DNA from: Fervidobacterium sp. | Lineage (GTDB): Bacteria > Thermotogota > Thermotogae > Thermotogales > Fervidobacteriaceae | NCBI GenBank assembly: GCA_049970055.1 | Contig: JBMFNR010000003.1 | Coordinates: forward strand, 1 to 64,000 | DNA: 64,000 bases | Direction of reading: 5' to 3' | Made by a program: the position numbers and the translations under genes | In this document: piece by piece, positions 10,609 to 22,292 of the stretch | Numbering within the stretch: position 1 is the stretch's first letter | Layout: every line of letters starts with the position of its first letter | Notes under the pieces: generated by a model | What the model was told of the DNA's origin: nothing | What the model saw: only the letters and a program-made list of their open reading frames with translations | Database searches by the model: none

Positions 10609-10854
10609 AAAAAACAAACGAGAAAAAATGACCGGTTTTGAAAACACTACAAAAAGGTTTGCACCGCGAATGGTGTCTTTTCTTGTTTATTACTGTAGTT
10701 TGATTTTTGAATGAAAGAAAAGGAAGAAAATTAAAGAACAAAGAAAAAAGCGTTTAATTAAGAGACTTTCAAGCGTCATTATGAATATGGCAAATCACTA
10801 AGGCCAGGCCGTTCGGAAGTCTTAAAGATTTTCTCCCCGCTTCTTTATCGTCAC

Positions 10855-11030
10855 TTATTGCTTTGCAAGATATGCAGTGTTCCCTTCTGGATCCATTTTT
10901 ATTATGTAAAATCATCCCGTCCTGCACCAAAAGACTTTATGTGTCCTAAAGCTATAAATTCACCATCTTTTGTCTGTTGTATAAAATGAAATTCGTTCCA
11001 ATCGCTCCTCCCAAAAGTTTTTTGCCAGAC
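10855..11030 (-). pseudogene. Remnant of a beta-propeller repeat (WxKTFGG...QTxDGG...KxDxxGN type) protein
   Basis: Manual translation VWQKTFGRSDWNEFHFIQQTKDGEFIALGHIKSFGAGRDDF, frameshift, then IIKMDPEGNT; no start. Confidence 0.7.
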
Positions 11031-11391
11031 GTTTTGCTGAGTAGATGGTGTGGTTACAGGAATACATCCTGAGATTAAAAGGGGCGATAGGAGGTTTATT
11101 AAATTGCATTTTTTAGGTAAGGCAGAGAAGAGTGTATAGAATTGGGATAGTTACGTAATAAATTAGTGGTACGTAAAAAAACTATATAAAGTGAAATGTT
11201 TTTTGTCATAGTAAGTTATACCTAAAGAGATACTAAACTTAGTTAAACAGATATCATATAATCCGCATAATTGTGTAATTTGAACAAATAGTAACAGGGA
11301 AGCAGAAGAAAATAATTTCTAAGAAATAAATAAGGCCTAAGAAAGTATAGCTACCGCATTCACATTTTAATATTGTGTCATAGAAATAAAC

Positions 11392-11425
11392 GAAAGAGCT
11401 TGGCCAAAAGTAGCCGAGCTCTTTT
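11392..11425. terminator. Probable intrinsic terminator
   Basis: AAAGAGCTTGGC-loop-GCCGAGCTCTTT hairpin. Confidence 0.55.
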
Positions 11426-11449
11426 ATAAGACTAAGTTTATGAGACTAA

Positions 11450-12906
11450 GAAACTCGATTGGATTTTCTGGGCAATGTCAAGTGTGCTTTTCGATGGAAT
11501 TATTATTTTTCTGACTTTTAAGGCATTAGCGCTAATGTAAAGGCACCGGTTGCCAGGATTATAACGTCAGAATCTTTGTCATCAAAGTACTCTGGTGTGA
11601 TGGTAATATTCTTGACTACCGTGGTTTGCTTTTCAATTTTTTTATTAAGTCCTCTGATATCTCTTTCAAAGAATTTTTCTTTGGAGCTCTACGTGCTAGC
11701 ACCCACTGTCCACCAAGGTAATTATTTCTTTCAAGCAATGCTATGTTATAGCCTTTCTTTTTGAGGTATAACGCTGCGAATATTCCAGCTGGTCCTCCAC
11801 CAATAATAGCAACTTTTTTACTTCCAGTTGTGTCGGCATTAAATTCCGAGTGGATTTCGGGATTGGCTATACAATCTATTGTATTACCGCTCTTTACACT
11901 AGCTTAGCACCCTTGTAAGCAAAATCCGCATCTAACGTAATCGTCCGAACCAGCTATAATTTTCTTCGGAAAATTTGGATCGATTATTAGTTGCTTTCCA
12001 AAAACCACTCCACCAATTGTTCTTTCTTCTATGAGTGTTTTTTATCTCTTATTTTTTTGCATTTTCCCAGTGCCAATAACTGGAAGTTTTGTAATTTTAC
12101 TGATTTGCCTTAACCTCTCGTCCATCGCTTCGGTAGGAAGTGACATGTGGTTATAATATCAATGTGCCGAGTCACAAACGTTCCCCCAACCAACGTGTAT
12201 TACTGAAACACCGTATTCTTCGGCTAGAGATAGTATTTTCTCAATATCTTCAAGTGTAATACCATCAGGTACAAACTCGTCCCCGGAAATCCTTATGAAT
12301 ACCGGTATATTTACACTTTGAGAAAGTGCTTCTAATAGTTCTCTAGCAAACTGAAGTTTATTGGTACCATACTTGCCTTTCCTTTTGTTCAGACGTTCAG
12401 AATAAAATTGGTGTACTAAGTAACCATGGTCAAATTGTACTTCAATAGCATCAGCAACAGCTCTTTGGGCTCTAATGGCATTTTGAACAAACGCGGTAAT
12501 AATTTCTTTAATGTGTTCTTTGCTGAGTTCTTCAGGTGTTGTTTCAGTAGAAGGACACATAATAGGAAATGGTGCAACAGCTGTTCCAACATGTTTTGGA
12601 CTTGCGCCTCTTCCCGCATGGTTTAAGTGAACTACTACCTTCACTTCATATTGATGAATCCTTTCAATAAGTGTTTTTAACCTCTATATGTTCGTCCGTA
12701 TTCAACGTGAGTTGCTTTGAATGCTCTTTTCCATGCGTCTCCACCGCGATAGGTTCGAGAATAATTGTGCCAATTCCACCAACTGCTTTTCTTTCGTACT
12801 ACTTTATCACTTTCTCCATCACAAAACTTGTATTCAGAGTGGTTAAAGCTGTTTTTACTGGTGTCATAAAAAGATGATTCTTTGCTTCAAAGTTTTTGTA
12901 GATCAT
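11450..12906 (-). pseudogene. Degraded NADH:flavin oxidoreductase (OYE/2,4-dienoyl-CoA reductase family)
   Basis: Fragments NHLFMTPVKT, HLNHAGR, HGYLVHQFYS, RCGFCLQGC*...C, KKVAIIGGGPAG across several frames with stops; left boundary approximate. Confidence 0.88.
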
Positions 12907-13095
12907 TTGCGATACCATCCTTTTATTAGCTTTTATCCATAATGAATGTATTATAAATTGTGAAAATTGGACGACAGTTGTCAACTTTATTTGCAGGTGA
13001 TTTTGGTAAAAATAATCGTATGGAAATATACTAACAGTTGTGATATGATTTTATTTGGAGTTTTGGAACTGTGGAAATAAAAGTGAGGTGATAAG

Positions 13096-13836
13096 ATGAG
13101 GAGGAGATTAAACAAAGTTTTTTCTTTTTTTATCTTGGTTTTTCTCACGTTTTCTTCTATATTTTTGATCTGGGCATATACGCCTCTTAAAGCAAGCACT
13201 GATGCAAAAAAGTATTTAAATGCGGATGATATTAAAGTTACTATTGAAAGAAACGGTGATACTGTTTTAGAACCTATTGAGAAAATGAAATCGGGAAAAG
13301 ATTTTGTTGGGGTTGTTTTTTACCCCGGGGGTCATGTTGAACATTTAGCTTATTTGCCGCTTGGGTATTTACTTGCAAAAAAGGGCATAACCACAGTTAT
13401 CTTAAAAGTACCTTTGAATCTTGCATTTTTAAGGATTAATGGTGCTCGTAAATATATAGAGGATTTTGGAAATCTCAGATGGTATGTTGCAGGTCACAGT
13501 CTTGGTGGAGTTGCTGCGAGTGAATATGCATATAAAAATCAAAAAGATGTTGCAGGTTTGATATTACTCGCTTCTTATCCAGCTAGAGACATGAGTAATA
13601 TGAAAATACCTGTGCTTTCAATATTTGGTTCAAATGATGGACGCTTTGAACAGATCCAAGAAAAGAAAGTCTTACTGAATAAAAATACGGTTTACTATCT
13701 TATCAAAGGTGGAAACCACTCGCAATTTGGTGACTATGGTTTTCAGAAAGGAGATGGGAAGGCAAGTATATCACGACAAGAGCAATTAGATGAAACTATC
13801 AAAGCTATTTACGAATTTATTTTCTCCAAAGATTGA
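13096..13836 (+). CDS. Membrane-anchored alpha/beta hydrolase
   Basis: N-terminal TM, FYPGG, GHSLGG, GGNHSQFGDYG. Confidence 0.9.
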   Translation: MRRRLNKVFSFFILVFLTFSSIFLIWAYTPLKASTDAKKYLNADDIKVTIERNGDTVLEPIEKMKSGKDFVGVVFYPGGHVEHLAYLPLGYLLAKKGITTVILKVPLNLAFLRINGARKYIEDFGNLRWYVAGHSLGGVAASEYAYKNQKDVAGLILLASYPARDMSNMKIPVLSIFGSNDGRFEQIQEKKVLLNKNTVYYLIKGGNHSQFGDYGFQKGDGKASISRQEQLDETIKAIYEFIFSKD

Positions 13837-14000
13837 AGCATAGATTGCCTAAGATTTTATTTTAATGTACATTAATATTGATTTTAAATACACTTTCTGC
13901 AATTTTTTTGCTAATGTTACACTCTCTCGTATCTGTGCACTTGAATTTCAATCATTGATAATTAAAAGGATCTAAAAGATAGGTTTAAAGGGGTGGTTTT

Positions 14001-14675
14001 ATGGCGAATATTTTTAACAAGCTGGTACCGTACAAGTCTCCTTTGGAACTTTTCATTGAACATACGAGCTTATGTGTTCAAGCTTCCGAGATCATGAAAG
14101 AGGCTATAGAAACATATCTGAGTGGAGAACAAATTGAGGAGTTTTCAAGAAGAATCGATGAACTTGAAGACAAAGCGGACAAAATAAAGTTGCAAGTTAG
14201 GGAGATTTATGCGAAGTTGAAATGGACATACTTCAGTAAATCAGATTTTTTGGATGTCCTGCATAACGTTGATTCAATAATGGATTTGGCAGATGATACA
14301 CTTAAAATGCTTACGATGAACAAAGTTGACAATGTGCCCGATGATATTAAGAAAGATATTGAAAACCTGGCAACCCTTGTTAACCAAAGCGTTCATAGCA
14401 TGAACGATGCTGCAAAAGAACTTAGGTTAATTGTTGAATCTGCATTCTCACCAAAAGAAATTGAAAAGGAAGACGAAAAAACTATAGTTGTTGAAAGAGA
14501 AGAACACTCAAGTGATTTACTTGGGATTGAGATTGGTAAAAAGTTATTTGCTAAGAAATACGAAATGAACGCTGTGGATCTCATGTTTTTAAACAGTGTG
14601 GTTATACTTTTGATGCGAATAGAAGATAAGGCAAAGAACGTTGTTGAAAAAGTAAGAATGATAACACACAAGTGA
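14001..14675 (+). CDS. DUF47/PhoU-like phosphate transport regulator
   Basis: LEDKADKIK and DSIMDLADD helices; upstream of a PiT gene. Confidence 0.88.
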   Translation: MANIFNKLVPYKSPLELFIEHTSLCVQASEIMKEAIETYLSGEQIEEFSRRIDELEDKADKIKLQVREIYAKLKWTYFSKSDFLDVLHNVDSIMDLADDTLKMLTMNKVDNVPDDIKKDIENLATLVNQSVHSMNDAAKELRLIVESAFSPKEIEKEDEKTIVVEREEHSSDLLGIEIGKKLFAKKYEMNAVDLMFLNSVVILLMRIEDKAKNVVEKVRMITHK

Positions 14676-14681
14676 GGAGGA

Positions 14682-15893
14682 GTGGAAATGATTACACTCT
14701 TTGCAATTCTCGTAGGTATGTTTATGGCTTTTGCGATAGGTGCAAACGATGTTGCCAACGGTATGGCAACGGCAGTTGGCGCAAAAGCAATAACACCGAA
14801 GCAGGCTGCTCTTCTCGCATCTTTTCTTGAATTCATGGGTGCCGTTATGTTCGGTGCAGCTGTTACAAAAACTATCGCAAGTGGTATTATATCAATCGGT
14901 CACATTCAAAACCCAAAGTATGTGATTTATGGTGCCATATCTGCATTGTTAGCCGCTGGTATATGGGTTATGGTTGCTACTGTCTTTGGAATGCCTGTTT
15001 CAACAACACATTCGATTATAGGTGGTATGATCGGTTTTGGGTTAATAAGTGGCGGATATAAAGTCGTTTATTGGTCAAAGCTACTTCAAATTGTATTATC
15101 TTGGTTTATTTCTCCGATCGTTGGCGGGTTTTTTGCTTATCTTATCTTTAAAATTCTTACATTTACCATCCTTCATAGACCAAGTCCATTGAATGCTGCA
15201 AAAAAGGTTGCTCCTGTTATGATTGGTTTTACTTTCTTTCTGATTTCATTCTTGTTCAGCGTAAAAACTTTGAAGAAATCGTATATTTTTTCACTGATCG
15301 TCGGTGTTGTATTCTTTGTATTTGTGTGGCTTTTGACGTATTTGCTTATTCTTAGATATACTAAGAAGAATCATGATGAATACGAAACTGTTGAGGAAAT
15401 ATTTAAAAAGGTGCAAGTTTTAACTTCTGCTTATGTTTGCTTTTCACATGGTGCCAACGATGTGGCAAATGCGGTTGGACCTATCGCTCTTATTTTTATG
15501 GTTCAAAAGACCTCTGCAGTAGCATTTTCAAAAATCGAAATACCAAAGTATATTCTATTTATCGGAGGGCTTGGTATTGCACTTGGAGTGCTACTTTACG
15601 GATACAAGGTTATGCAAACTATTGGTCATGATATAACCGAGTTAAACAATACACGGGGGTTTTCGATAGATTTTGGTACAGCAACGACAGTATTGCTTTC
15701 GTCGATATTTGGTTTTCCGATTAGTACAACTCACACGGTTGTTGGTGCAGTAACGGGAGTTGGGTTAGCAAGAGGTATAGAAGTTGTTAACACATCTGTG
15801 CTTAAAGATATACTGATTTCTTGGTTTATCACCGTTCCATTTTCAGTTGGTGTGAGTGCAATATTTTACCTGACTTTTACTACATTTTTTTGA
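14682..15893 (+). CDS. pit: PiT-family inorganic phosphate transporter
   Basis: Two GANDVAN signatures and P(V/I)STTH motifs; start may be ATG 14688. Confidence 0.95.
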   Translation: MEMITLFAILVGMFMAFAIGANDVANGMATAVGAKAITPKQAALLASFLEFMGAVMFGAAVTKTIASGIISIGHIQNPKYVIYGAISALLAAGIWVMVATVFGMPVSTTHSIIGGMIGFGLISGGYKVVYWSKLLQIVLSWFISPIVGGFFAYLIFKILTFTILHRPSPLNAAKKVAPVMIGFTFFLISFLFSVKTLKKSYIFSLIVGVVFFVFVWLLTYLLILRYTKKNHDEYETVEEIFKKVQVLTSAYVCFSHGANDVANAVGPIALIFMVQKTSAVAFSKIEIPKYILFIGGLGIALGVLLYGYKVMQTIGHDITELNNTRGFSIDFGTATTVLLSSIFGFPISTTHTVVGAVTGVGLARGIEVVNTSVLKDILISWFITVPFSVGVSAIFYLTFTTFF

Positions 15894-15920
15894 TTTAAGC
15901 TTGTAAGAAACAATAAAATA

Positions 15921-15958
15921 TAAAAGTCGTCCATTTCTCGGACGGCTTTTGTTTTTTT
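15921..15958 (+). terminator. Intrinsic terminator
   Basis: AAAAGTCGTCC-loop-GGACGGCTTTT then T run. Confidence 0.75.
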
Positions 15959-16023
15959 ATTCTTCACTGAAATTTGATGGTATAATACTGTATAAGAAAT
16001 AATTCATCAGGGGGTGTTATGAT

Positions 16024-17004
16024 ATGACTGTGCTTTTTCTTACAAAAATGATAGATTACTTTATCCATCAAATAAAAAACCTAAAGATGGAGTTTCCTGA
16101 CCATAATTTTATCATCCCAATAAATCGGGAAGATGCTGAAAAGTACATTCCCTTTGCGGATATTATTGTGACTGGCTTTTTAAGCTCTGAGCAAGTGAAT
16201 AAAGCAAGCAACTTGAAATTCATAATCGTTCCTTGGGCGGGCGTGAATGGCTTACCACTTGATGTGATAAGGGAAAAGAAAATCAGTGTTGTCAATAATC
16301 ACGGTAATGGAAGAATCGTTGCAGAAAGAGCTGTTGGACTTGCTCTTGCCTTGATGGGGCGCATTGTTGAGTATCATAATGATTTGAAAATGGGTATTTG
16401 GCATGGATATGAAGCGGGGTCAAAAAAGGAAGATTTTTGGTACAGTTTGCAGGGGAAGAAGGTATCGATACTAGGACTCGGGACAATTGGTATTAATATC
16501 GCAAAATTGATCTCTGGATTTAATTGTGAAGTAATGGGATTTAAGAGGAATATAGAACGTGTCGAGTTTGTTAATTATGTTACGAATGATATAGACGAAG
16601 CTATTTCGTTTGGTCAAGTGGTGTTCGTTGCTTTGCCGCTTACAAAGGCGACATTTGGAATTTTGAACAAAGAACGCTTAATGAAAATGCACGGGAAGTT
16701 CCTTATAAATGTTGGGCGTGGCCAATTGATAGATGAAGAAGGTCTTTATCATGCGTTAAAAGATGGCATACTAGCAGGTGCTGGTATAGATACGTGGTAC
16801 TTGTATCCGGATAGTGATCATAGCGTGCAGTTACCTTCACGGTATCCTATTCACACGCTCAAAAATGTTGTTATTTCGCCGCATGTTGCTGGATTTACTT
16901 TAGAAGGACAGATTGGAAGGATTGATGAAACGATAGAAAATATTAGGTTAATCCTTAGTGGTCAAAAACCGAAAAGTATAGTGGACTTGGATTTAGAGTA
17001 TTAA
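16024..17004 (+). CDS. D-isomer-specific 2-hydroxyacid dehydrogenase
   Basis: GLGTIG, LPLT, INVGRG, SPHVAG. Confidence 0.92.
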   Translation: MTVLFLTKMIDYFIHQIKNLKMEFPDHNFIIPINREDAEKYIPFADIIVTGFLSSEQVNKASNLKFIIVPWAGVNGLPLDVIREKKISVVNNHGNGRIVAERAVGLALALMGRIVEYHNDLKMGIWHGYEAGSKKEDFWYSLQGKKVSILGLGTIGINIAKLISGFNCEVMGFKRNIERVEFVNYVTNDIDEAISFGQVVFVALPLTKATFGILNKERLMKMHGKFLINVGRGQLIDEEGLYHALKDGILAGAGIDTWYLYPDSDHSVQLPSRYPIHTLKNVVISPHVAGFTLEGQIGRIDETIENIRLILSGQKPKSIVDLDLEY

Positions 17005-17030
17005 TAGCACTAGTAGAGAGGAGCTTTGCA

Positions 17031-18710
17031 ATGTACGATGGTTTTGTGATGAAACTGGTAATTGAAAAGATTGCTGAAAAAATAAATGGAATGAATATAC
17101 GCAATATATATCTTTCCAGAAATGTACTGTATTTTTCTTTTGATTCAGGTGATTTGAAAATTTCACTAAATCCAAATTTTTCGTATATCTCTTTTGTCGA
17201 ACATTTTGTGAAAGATCCCGAAAGAAATTCTTTTGTGGATCTTCTGAGGAGTCGAATAAGAGGTGCGAAAGTAGTTAACTTCGCGAACATAGAATATGAG
17301 CGTTCCGCCATTCTTGAACTGAAGAGGGTAGATGAGATAGGAGTAGTTCATAATTACAAAATGTACTTTGATATAATGGGGAAACATTCGAATGCGATAT
17401 TCACAGAAAATGATGGAATTTTAGATGCATTTAGACGTGTCGAAACTAGCGTTAGGAAAATATTTCCGGGAGAACGATTTGTCCCATACGATAGCAGTAA
17501 GGTAAATATCGATAGTTTCTCCGACGTCGATTTTTTAATAAAGCTTGTCCATGATTATAAACATAGGAATAAAACGATATCAGAGTTTATATATTCATCC
17601 ATACAAGGTTTTTCTAAAGCAACCGCACAAGAGGTTCTGTACAGAGCAGATTTGGAAGACACAGGATTGGAAGAGATTACAGATGAAGATGTGGAAAAAT
17701 TATTTAATGCACTTTTGGCTGTTCGTTCAGAAATTCAGAGTAAGTTGCTGTGGCTTTATTATGAGAATAACAACTTTGTCGATGTATCTGCCATCAAGCT
17801 ACACAGATATAATGATGAAAGAGAATGTAATGATGTTATTAAGTGCATAAATGAATATTTCGATTACGTTGAGACAAAAGACAGATTAACCCAGAAGAGG
17901 CATCAATTATTAAGTGTAGTAAAAGGTAAAATCGTCCAAAATGAAGAACTCATTGAAAAGTTGAAAAAGGAAATAACCGAATGCCAGCAAGCAGAAATGT
18001 ATAGAAAATACGGGGAACTCTTAAAAGCATACAGTTATCAGATTGATCACGGAACAGAGCTTGCACAATTGTACGATTGGGAAAGTAATTCATATGTTAA
18101 TGTCCCTATGGAAAAGAATCTAACCCCAATTGAAAACAGCGTGCGGTATTTTAATATTTACTCCAAATTAAAAAGAAAAGCGAGAGGAATCGAGGAAAGA
18201 AAGGACATATTGGAGAGAGAGTTATCTTACCTTCAACAGCTGCAATTAACCATAGAGAGTGCAGAAAGTTTTGAGGAACTTGCAGAGATAGAAGACGAAA
18301 TGATCGAAAGTGAGCTCATTAAGAGAAAGTTGAGGAATTCAAAGAAAGGTATACAGCCTTCAGAACCGAGGAAGTATATATACAACGGGTTTACTATATT
18401 AGTTGGGAAAAATAACAAACAAAATGATGAATTGGTGAAAAAAGCAAGCGATAGTGACATATGGTTACATGTGCAAGGAATGCCTGGAGCGCACGTAGTA
18501 ATTAAGACAAATGGAAAAAGCATCGATGAGGATACACTATTGTACGCCGCACGCTTAGCTGCGACCTACAGTAAGGGTAGGTACTCAACAAATGTACCTG
18601 TTGACTATACATATGCAAAGTATGTTAAAAAGCCCAAGGGATTTAAACCAGGTCTTGTTCTTTACTCAAATTTCAAGACACTTTTCGTAGATCCTTTTGA
18701 CAGAACATGA
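17031..18710 (+). CDS. rqcH: RqcH/NFACT (FbpA) ribosome quality control protein
   Basis: MYDG start, IMGKHSN, VGKNNKQNDEL, WLHVQGMPGAHVVI. Confidence 0.92.
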   Translation: MYDGFVMKLVIEKIAEKINGMNIRNIYLSRNVLYFSFDSGDLKISLNPNFSYISFVEHFVKDPERNSFVDLLRSRIRGAKVVNFANIEYERSAILELKRVDEIGVVHNYKMYFDIMGKHSNAIFTENDGILDAFRRVETSVRKIFPGERFVPYDSSKVNIDSFSDVDFLIKLVHDYKHRNKTISEFIYSSIQGFSKATAQEVLYRADLEDTGLEEITDEDVEKLFNALLAVRSEIQSKLLWLYYENNNFVDVSAIKLHRYNDERECNDVIKCINEYFDYVETKDRLTQKRHQLLSVVKGKIVQNEELIEKLKKEITECQQAEMYRKYGELLKAYSYQIDHGTELAQLYDWESNSYVNVPMEKNLTPIENSVRYFNIYSKLKRKARGIEERKDILERELSYLQQLQLTIESAESFEELAEIEDEMIESELIKRKLRNSKKGIQPSEPRKYIYNGFTILVGKNNKQNDELVKKASDSDIWLHVQGMPGAHVVIKTNGKSIDEDTLLYAARLAATYSKGRYSTNVPVDYTYAKYVKKPKGFKPGLVLYSNFKTLFVDPFDRT

Positions 18711-18725
18711 GGAGGTTCACATTTC

Positions 18726-20711
18726 ATGGTATTTGAGCTTGTTAGTGATTATAAACCAATGGGGGACCAGCCACAAGCGATAGAAAAACTTACGGATGGC
18801 ATAAGGAAGGGATATAGATTTCAAACACTACTTGGTGTAACAGGTAGTGGAAAGACGTTTACGATGGCAAATGTTATTGCACAGTTGAATAGACCGGTAT
18901 TGGTGATTTCGCCAAATAAAACATTGGCCGCACAGCTTTATTCTGAATTCAAGGTATTTTTTCCGAATAATAAGGTTGAATTTTTTATAAGTTACTATGA
19001 CTACTATCAACCGGAGGCATATGTACCAACGAAAGATTTGTACATTGAAAAAAGTGCCGATATAAACGATGTTATAGCACGTATGAGAATGAGTGCGATA
19101 AAATCTCTCATGACTCGTAGAGACGTTATAGTAGTTGCAAGTGTGTCAGCTATTTACGCATGTGGTGACCCGAGAGATTTTGATACTTTAAATATAAAGC
19201 TTGAAGTTGGGCAGAGGATTAATTTAAATGATTTTCTCAAGAAATTAGTTAAGATTGGTTACGAGCGCAAAGAAGACGTAAGTCTTACGGGCAGCTTCAG
19301 ATTGCGAGGAGATTCGCTTGAAATATTCCCATCGTACCAGGATGAAGGTATCAAAATCGAGCTATTTGGTGATGAGATCGACCGCATGTACACATTCGAT
19401 AGGGTTAACAGACAAGTCATTGAAAAACTTGACAGGCTAACGATTTATCCCACGAAGGAGTACGTCACAACAGAAGAGAAAATCATGAATGCAGTTAAGA
19501 GTATTAGAGAAGAACTCGATTCTCGTGTGAAAGAGCTAAGAACTCAGGGTAAGGAACTTGAAGCACAGAGGCTCTGGCAACGTACAATGAATGATATCGA
19601 ACTTCTTTCAACATTAGGTTATTGTACTGGAATTGAGAATTACTCAAGGCATTTCGATGGAAGAAGGACAGGGACCCCTCCTTACTCACTTTTGGATTAT
19701 TACGATGAAGATTATATTGTCTTCATAGATGAATCACACATAACTATTCCTCAATTACGTGCAATGTACCATGGTGAAATGTCGAGAAAGAAAAGTTTAG
19801 TGGAATATGGATTTAGATTACCGTGTGCATATGACAACAGACCTCTTAAATTCGATGAATTTTTACAAAAGGTTAACCAAGTTATATTTGTTTCCGCAAC
19901 ACCAGGACCTTTCGAGTTGGAAGTTTCAAACCAAGTAGTTGAACAGATAATAAGGCCTACAGGATTGATCGATCCGCAAGTAGAAGTGAGACCGACAAGG
20001 TATCAAGTTGATGATTTAGTTAAAGAAATTTTAGAAGTGAAAAAACGTGGTGAAAAGGCACTCGTTACGGTACTAACTAAGAAAACTGCTGAAATGCTAG
20101 CAGAGTATCTTATTGAATTCAATATCCGTGCCCTTTACTTACATTCAGAACTTGATGCAATAAAACGTGTAGAGGTATTAAAAAAACTAAGAGCTGGGGA
20201 AATTGATGTTGTAGTAGGTGTCAACTTGCTCAGAGAAGGACTTGATTTACCAGAAGTATCTTTGGTGGCAATATTAGATGCTGATACTGAGGGCTTTCTT
20301 AGAAGTGAAACAACACTCATTCAGATCATTGGAAGAACTGCACGAAATGAAAATGGTAAAGTGATAATGTATGCGGATAGAATTACGTCAGCTATGCAAA
20401 GAGCAATCGATGAAACGAATAGAAGAAGAAGAATACAAATAGAATATAATAAAGCACATGGAATAACGCCAAAAACTATCGTAAAACCAATAATGGAGGA
20501 TATATTTGCACCTTTTAGAGATAAAGAAGAAGAGATGTACAAAATTTACGAAGATAGTATATTCCAATTAAGGGAAACTTTGTCACTTGAGGATTATGCC
20601 GCACTGCTTGAAGAAGAAATGTACAAAGCGGCCTCGGAATTAAGATACGAAGATGCTGCAAAAATAAGAGATGAACTTTTCAAGGTAAAAGAACAGATGA
20701 ATGAGGGATAG
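18726..20711 (+). CDS. uvrB: Excinuclease ABC subunit B
   Basis: [41 protein letters not shown]. Confidence 0.98.
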   Translation: MVFELVSDYKPMGDQPQAIEKLTDGIRKGYRFQTLLGVTGSGKTFTMANVIAQLNRPVLVISPNKTLAAQLYSEFKVFFPNNKVEFFISYYDYYQPEAYVPTKDLYIEKSADINDVIARMRMSAIKSLMTRRDVIVVASVSAIYACGDPRDFDTLNIKLEVGQRINLNDFLKKLVKIGYERKEDVSLTGSFRLRGDSLEIFPSYQDEGIKIELFGDEIDRMYTFDRVNRQVIEKLDRLTIYPTKEYVTTEEKIMNAVKSIREELDSRVKELRTQGKELEAQRLWQRTMNDIELLSTLGYCTGIENYSRHFDGRRTGTPPYSLLDYYDEDYIVFIDESHITIPQLRAMYHGEMSRKKSLVEYGFRLPCAYDNRPLKFDEFLQKVNQVIFVSATPGPFELEVSNQVVEQIIRPTGLIDPQVEVRPTRYQVDDLVKEILEVKKRGEKALVTVLTKKTAEMLAEYLIEFNIRALYLHSELDAIKRVEVLKKLRAGEIDVVVGVNLLREGLDLPEVSLVAILDADTEGFLRSETTLIQIIGRTARNENGKVIMYADRITSAMQRAIDETNRRRRIQIEYNKAHGITPKTIVKPIMEDIFAPFRDKEEEMYKIYEDSIFQLRETLSLEDYAALLEEEMYKAASELRYEDAAKIRDELFKVKEQMNEG

Positions 20712-20766
20712 AACGAAAACACAGGTTATATCTAATCCGATAGTTATAAATTACATAACTTCGAAA

Positions 20767-20870
20767 ATAAATGTTAGTTTTGAAAGAGTAATTTAAGAGA
20801 TTTTGCATTGTTTAACGAAGCTTTTCAACGTGCTGATGAATTGATGTACAAAAATAAAAAAGAGGGCTAA
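20767..20870 (+). pseudogene. C-terminal remnant of a GGDEF domain
   Basis: INVSF, frameshift, KSNLRDFALFNEAFQRADELMYKNKKEG*; matches the GGDEF terminal xSxG...RADxxMYxxK pattern. Confidence 0.65.
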
Positions 20871-20882
20871 GCCCTCTTTTTT
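20856..20882. terminator. Bidirectional terminator between uvrB and lpdA
   Basis: AAAAAAGAGGGC-TAA-GCCCTCTTTTTT. Confidence 0.85.
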
Positions 20883-20884
20883 GT

Positions 20885-22249
20885 TTATAGATGTATTGAT
20901 AGTCCTGTAATACCCTCAAGCGCGCCGAGTGTTGTTTCACTAAGCGTTGGATGTGGATGAATGGATTCTTCAAGTTGATGTGCGGTTAATTTATTTTTGA
21001 TTGCGATAACACCTTCCATTATAAGTTCGGTCGCAACAGGTGAAACAATCGACATGCCAAGCACTTTTTCTGTTTGTTTATCCGCTATTATCTTCACAAA
21101 CCCTATGTTTTCAAGCATTGTTCTTGCTCTGCCGTTTGCAGATAATGGAAATTTGGAAATTTTGACACTTTCTTTATCAACGTCTTTTTCTTTTACTCCC
21201 GTTGAAGCTATTTCTGGATTTGTAAATATTATCGACGGCACTGCAGAATAATCAATTCGGGTGTCAATTCCCACTATGTTTTTCGCTGCCACAACCCCTT
21301 CGTACATAGCAACATGGGCAAGCATAATCTGACCCCTAATATCCCCTATTGCGTAAACTCCGTCGATGTTTGTTCTCATACGATTGTCAGTTTTAACTCC
21401 TTTATCTATTTCTACACCGAGTGCCTTTACATCTTCTGGAATATTTGGTTTTCTTCCTACTGCAAGAAGCACTTTGTTGAACTCTTCAACACTTTCGTTA
21501 CCTTCTCTATCAACAATAGTTACTTTGAAGTTATTATCGATCTTCTCAACATTTGTCACCTTTGACTTTTCTTGAATTTGTACACCTTTTCGTACAAAAG
21601 CTTTTTTAATCTCTTCTACTACATCTTCATCTTCATTTGGTAAAATATGATCCGCAAGCTCGACAATCTTCACTTTAACACCTAAGGAGCTAAAAAATGT
21701 TGCAAATTCAACACCTATTACACCACCACCGATTATAAGTAAACTCTCTGGTAATTCTTTCATTAAGAATACATCGTTACTCGTCCAGATTCCTTCAACT
21801 TCACTAAAAGGTGGAAAAACTACAGGAATTGAACCATGTGCAAGTACTAAGTTTTTGCATTCTAATTCTTCGCCACTTTCTTTGATCCTCACTTTGTTTT
21901 TATTTACAACTTCACCAGTACCCTTGATTACTGTTACGTTGTTTTTTTTCATTAGGTATTCTATGCCCTTTCGGGACATCATGATGTTTTTGCTTGCATG
22001 TGCCATTATCTTTGAAAGCTCAAAAGCTTCAATTGAAACCCTTAAACCAAGTTTATCAGCCTTTTCCTTTATTTCTTCGAACATGTGAGTACTTGTCAAT
22101 AAGGCCTTTGTTGGAATACATCCCCAGTTTGTACATGTACCACCGAGATTTTCTCTTTCCACAAGTGCTACTTTCTTGCCATATTGTGCAAGTTTAATTG
22201 CACAAACGTACCCACCAGGTCCTCCACCTATAATTACTGTATCAAGCAT
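20885..22249 (-). CDS. lpdA: Dihydrolipoamide dehydrogenase
   Basis: GGGPGGY, GGTCTNWGCIPTK, HPHPTLSE. Confidence 0.96.
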   Translation of the reverse strand: MLDTVIIGGGPGGYVCAIKLAQYGKKVALVERENLGGTCTNWGCIPTKALLTSTHMFEEIKEKADKLGLRVSIEAFELSKIMAHASKNIMMSRKGIEYLMKKNNVTVIKGTGEVVNKNKVRIKESGEELECKNLVLAHGSIPVVFPPFSEVEGIWTSNDVFLMKELPESLLIIGGGVIGVEFATFFSSLGVKVKIVELADHILPNEDEDVVEEIKKAFVRKGVQIQEKSKVTNVEKIDNNFKVTIVDREGNESVEEFNKVLLAVGRKPNIPEDVKALGVEIDKGVKTDNRMRTNIDGVYAIGDIRGQIMLAHVAMYEGVVAAKNIVGIDTRIDYSAVPSIIFTNPEIASTGVKEKDVDKESVKISKFPLSANGRARTMLENIGFVKIIADKQTEKVLGMSIVSPVATELIMEGVIAIKNKLTAHQLEESIHPHPTLSETTLGALEGITGLSIHL

Positions 22250-22292
22250 TTGTCTATACCTCCCATTGAACTAAAAATTACAACGTCACCAG

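Noticed and set aside
11041..11075. GATGGTGT as a fluoride riboswitch start
   Set aside because: No pseudoknot partner or ATGA motif, and it lies downstream of crcB
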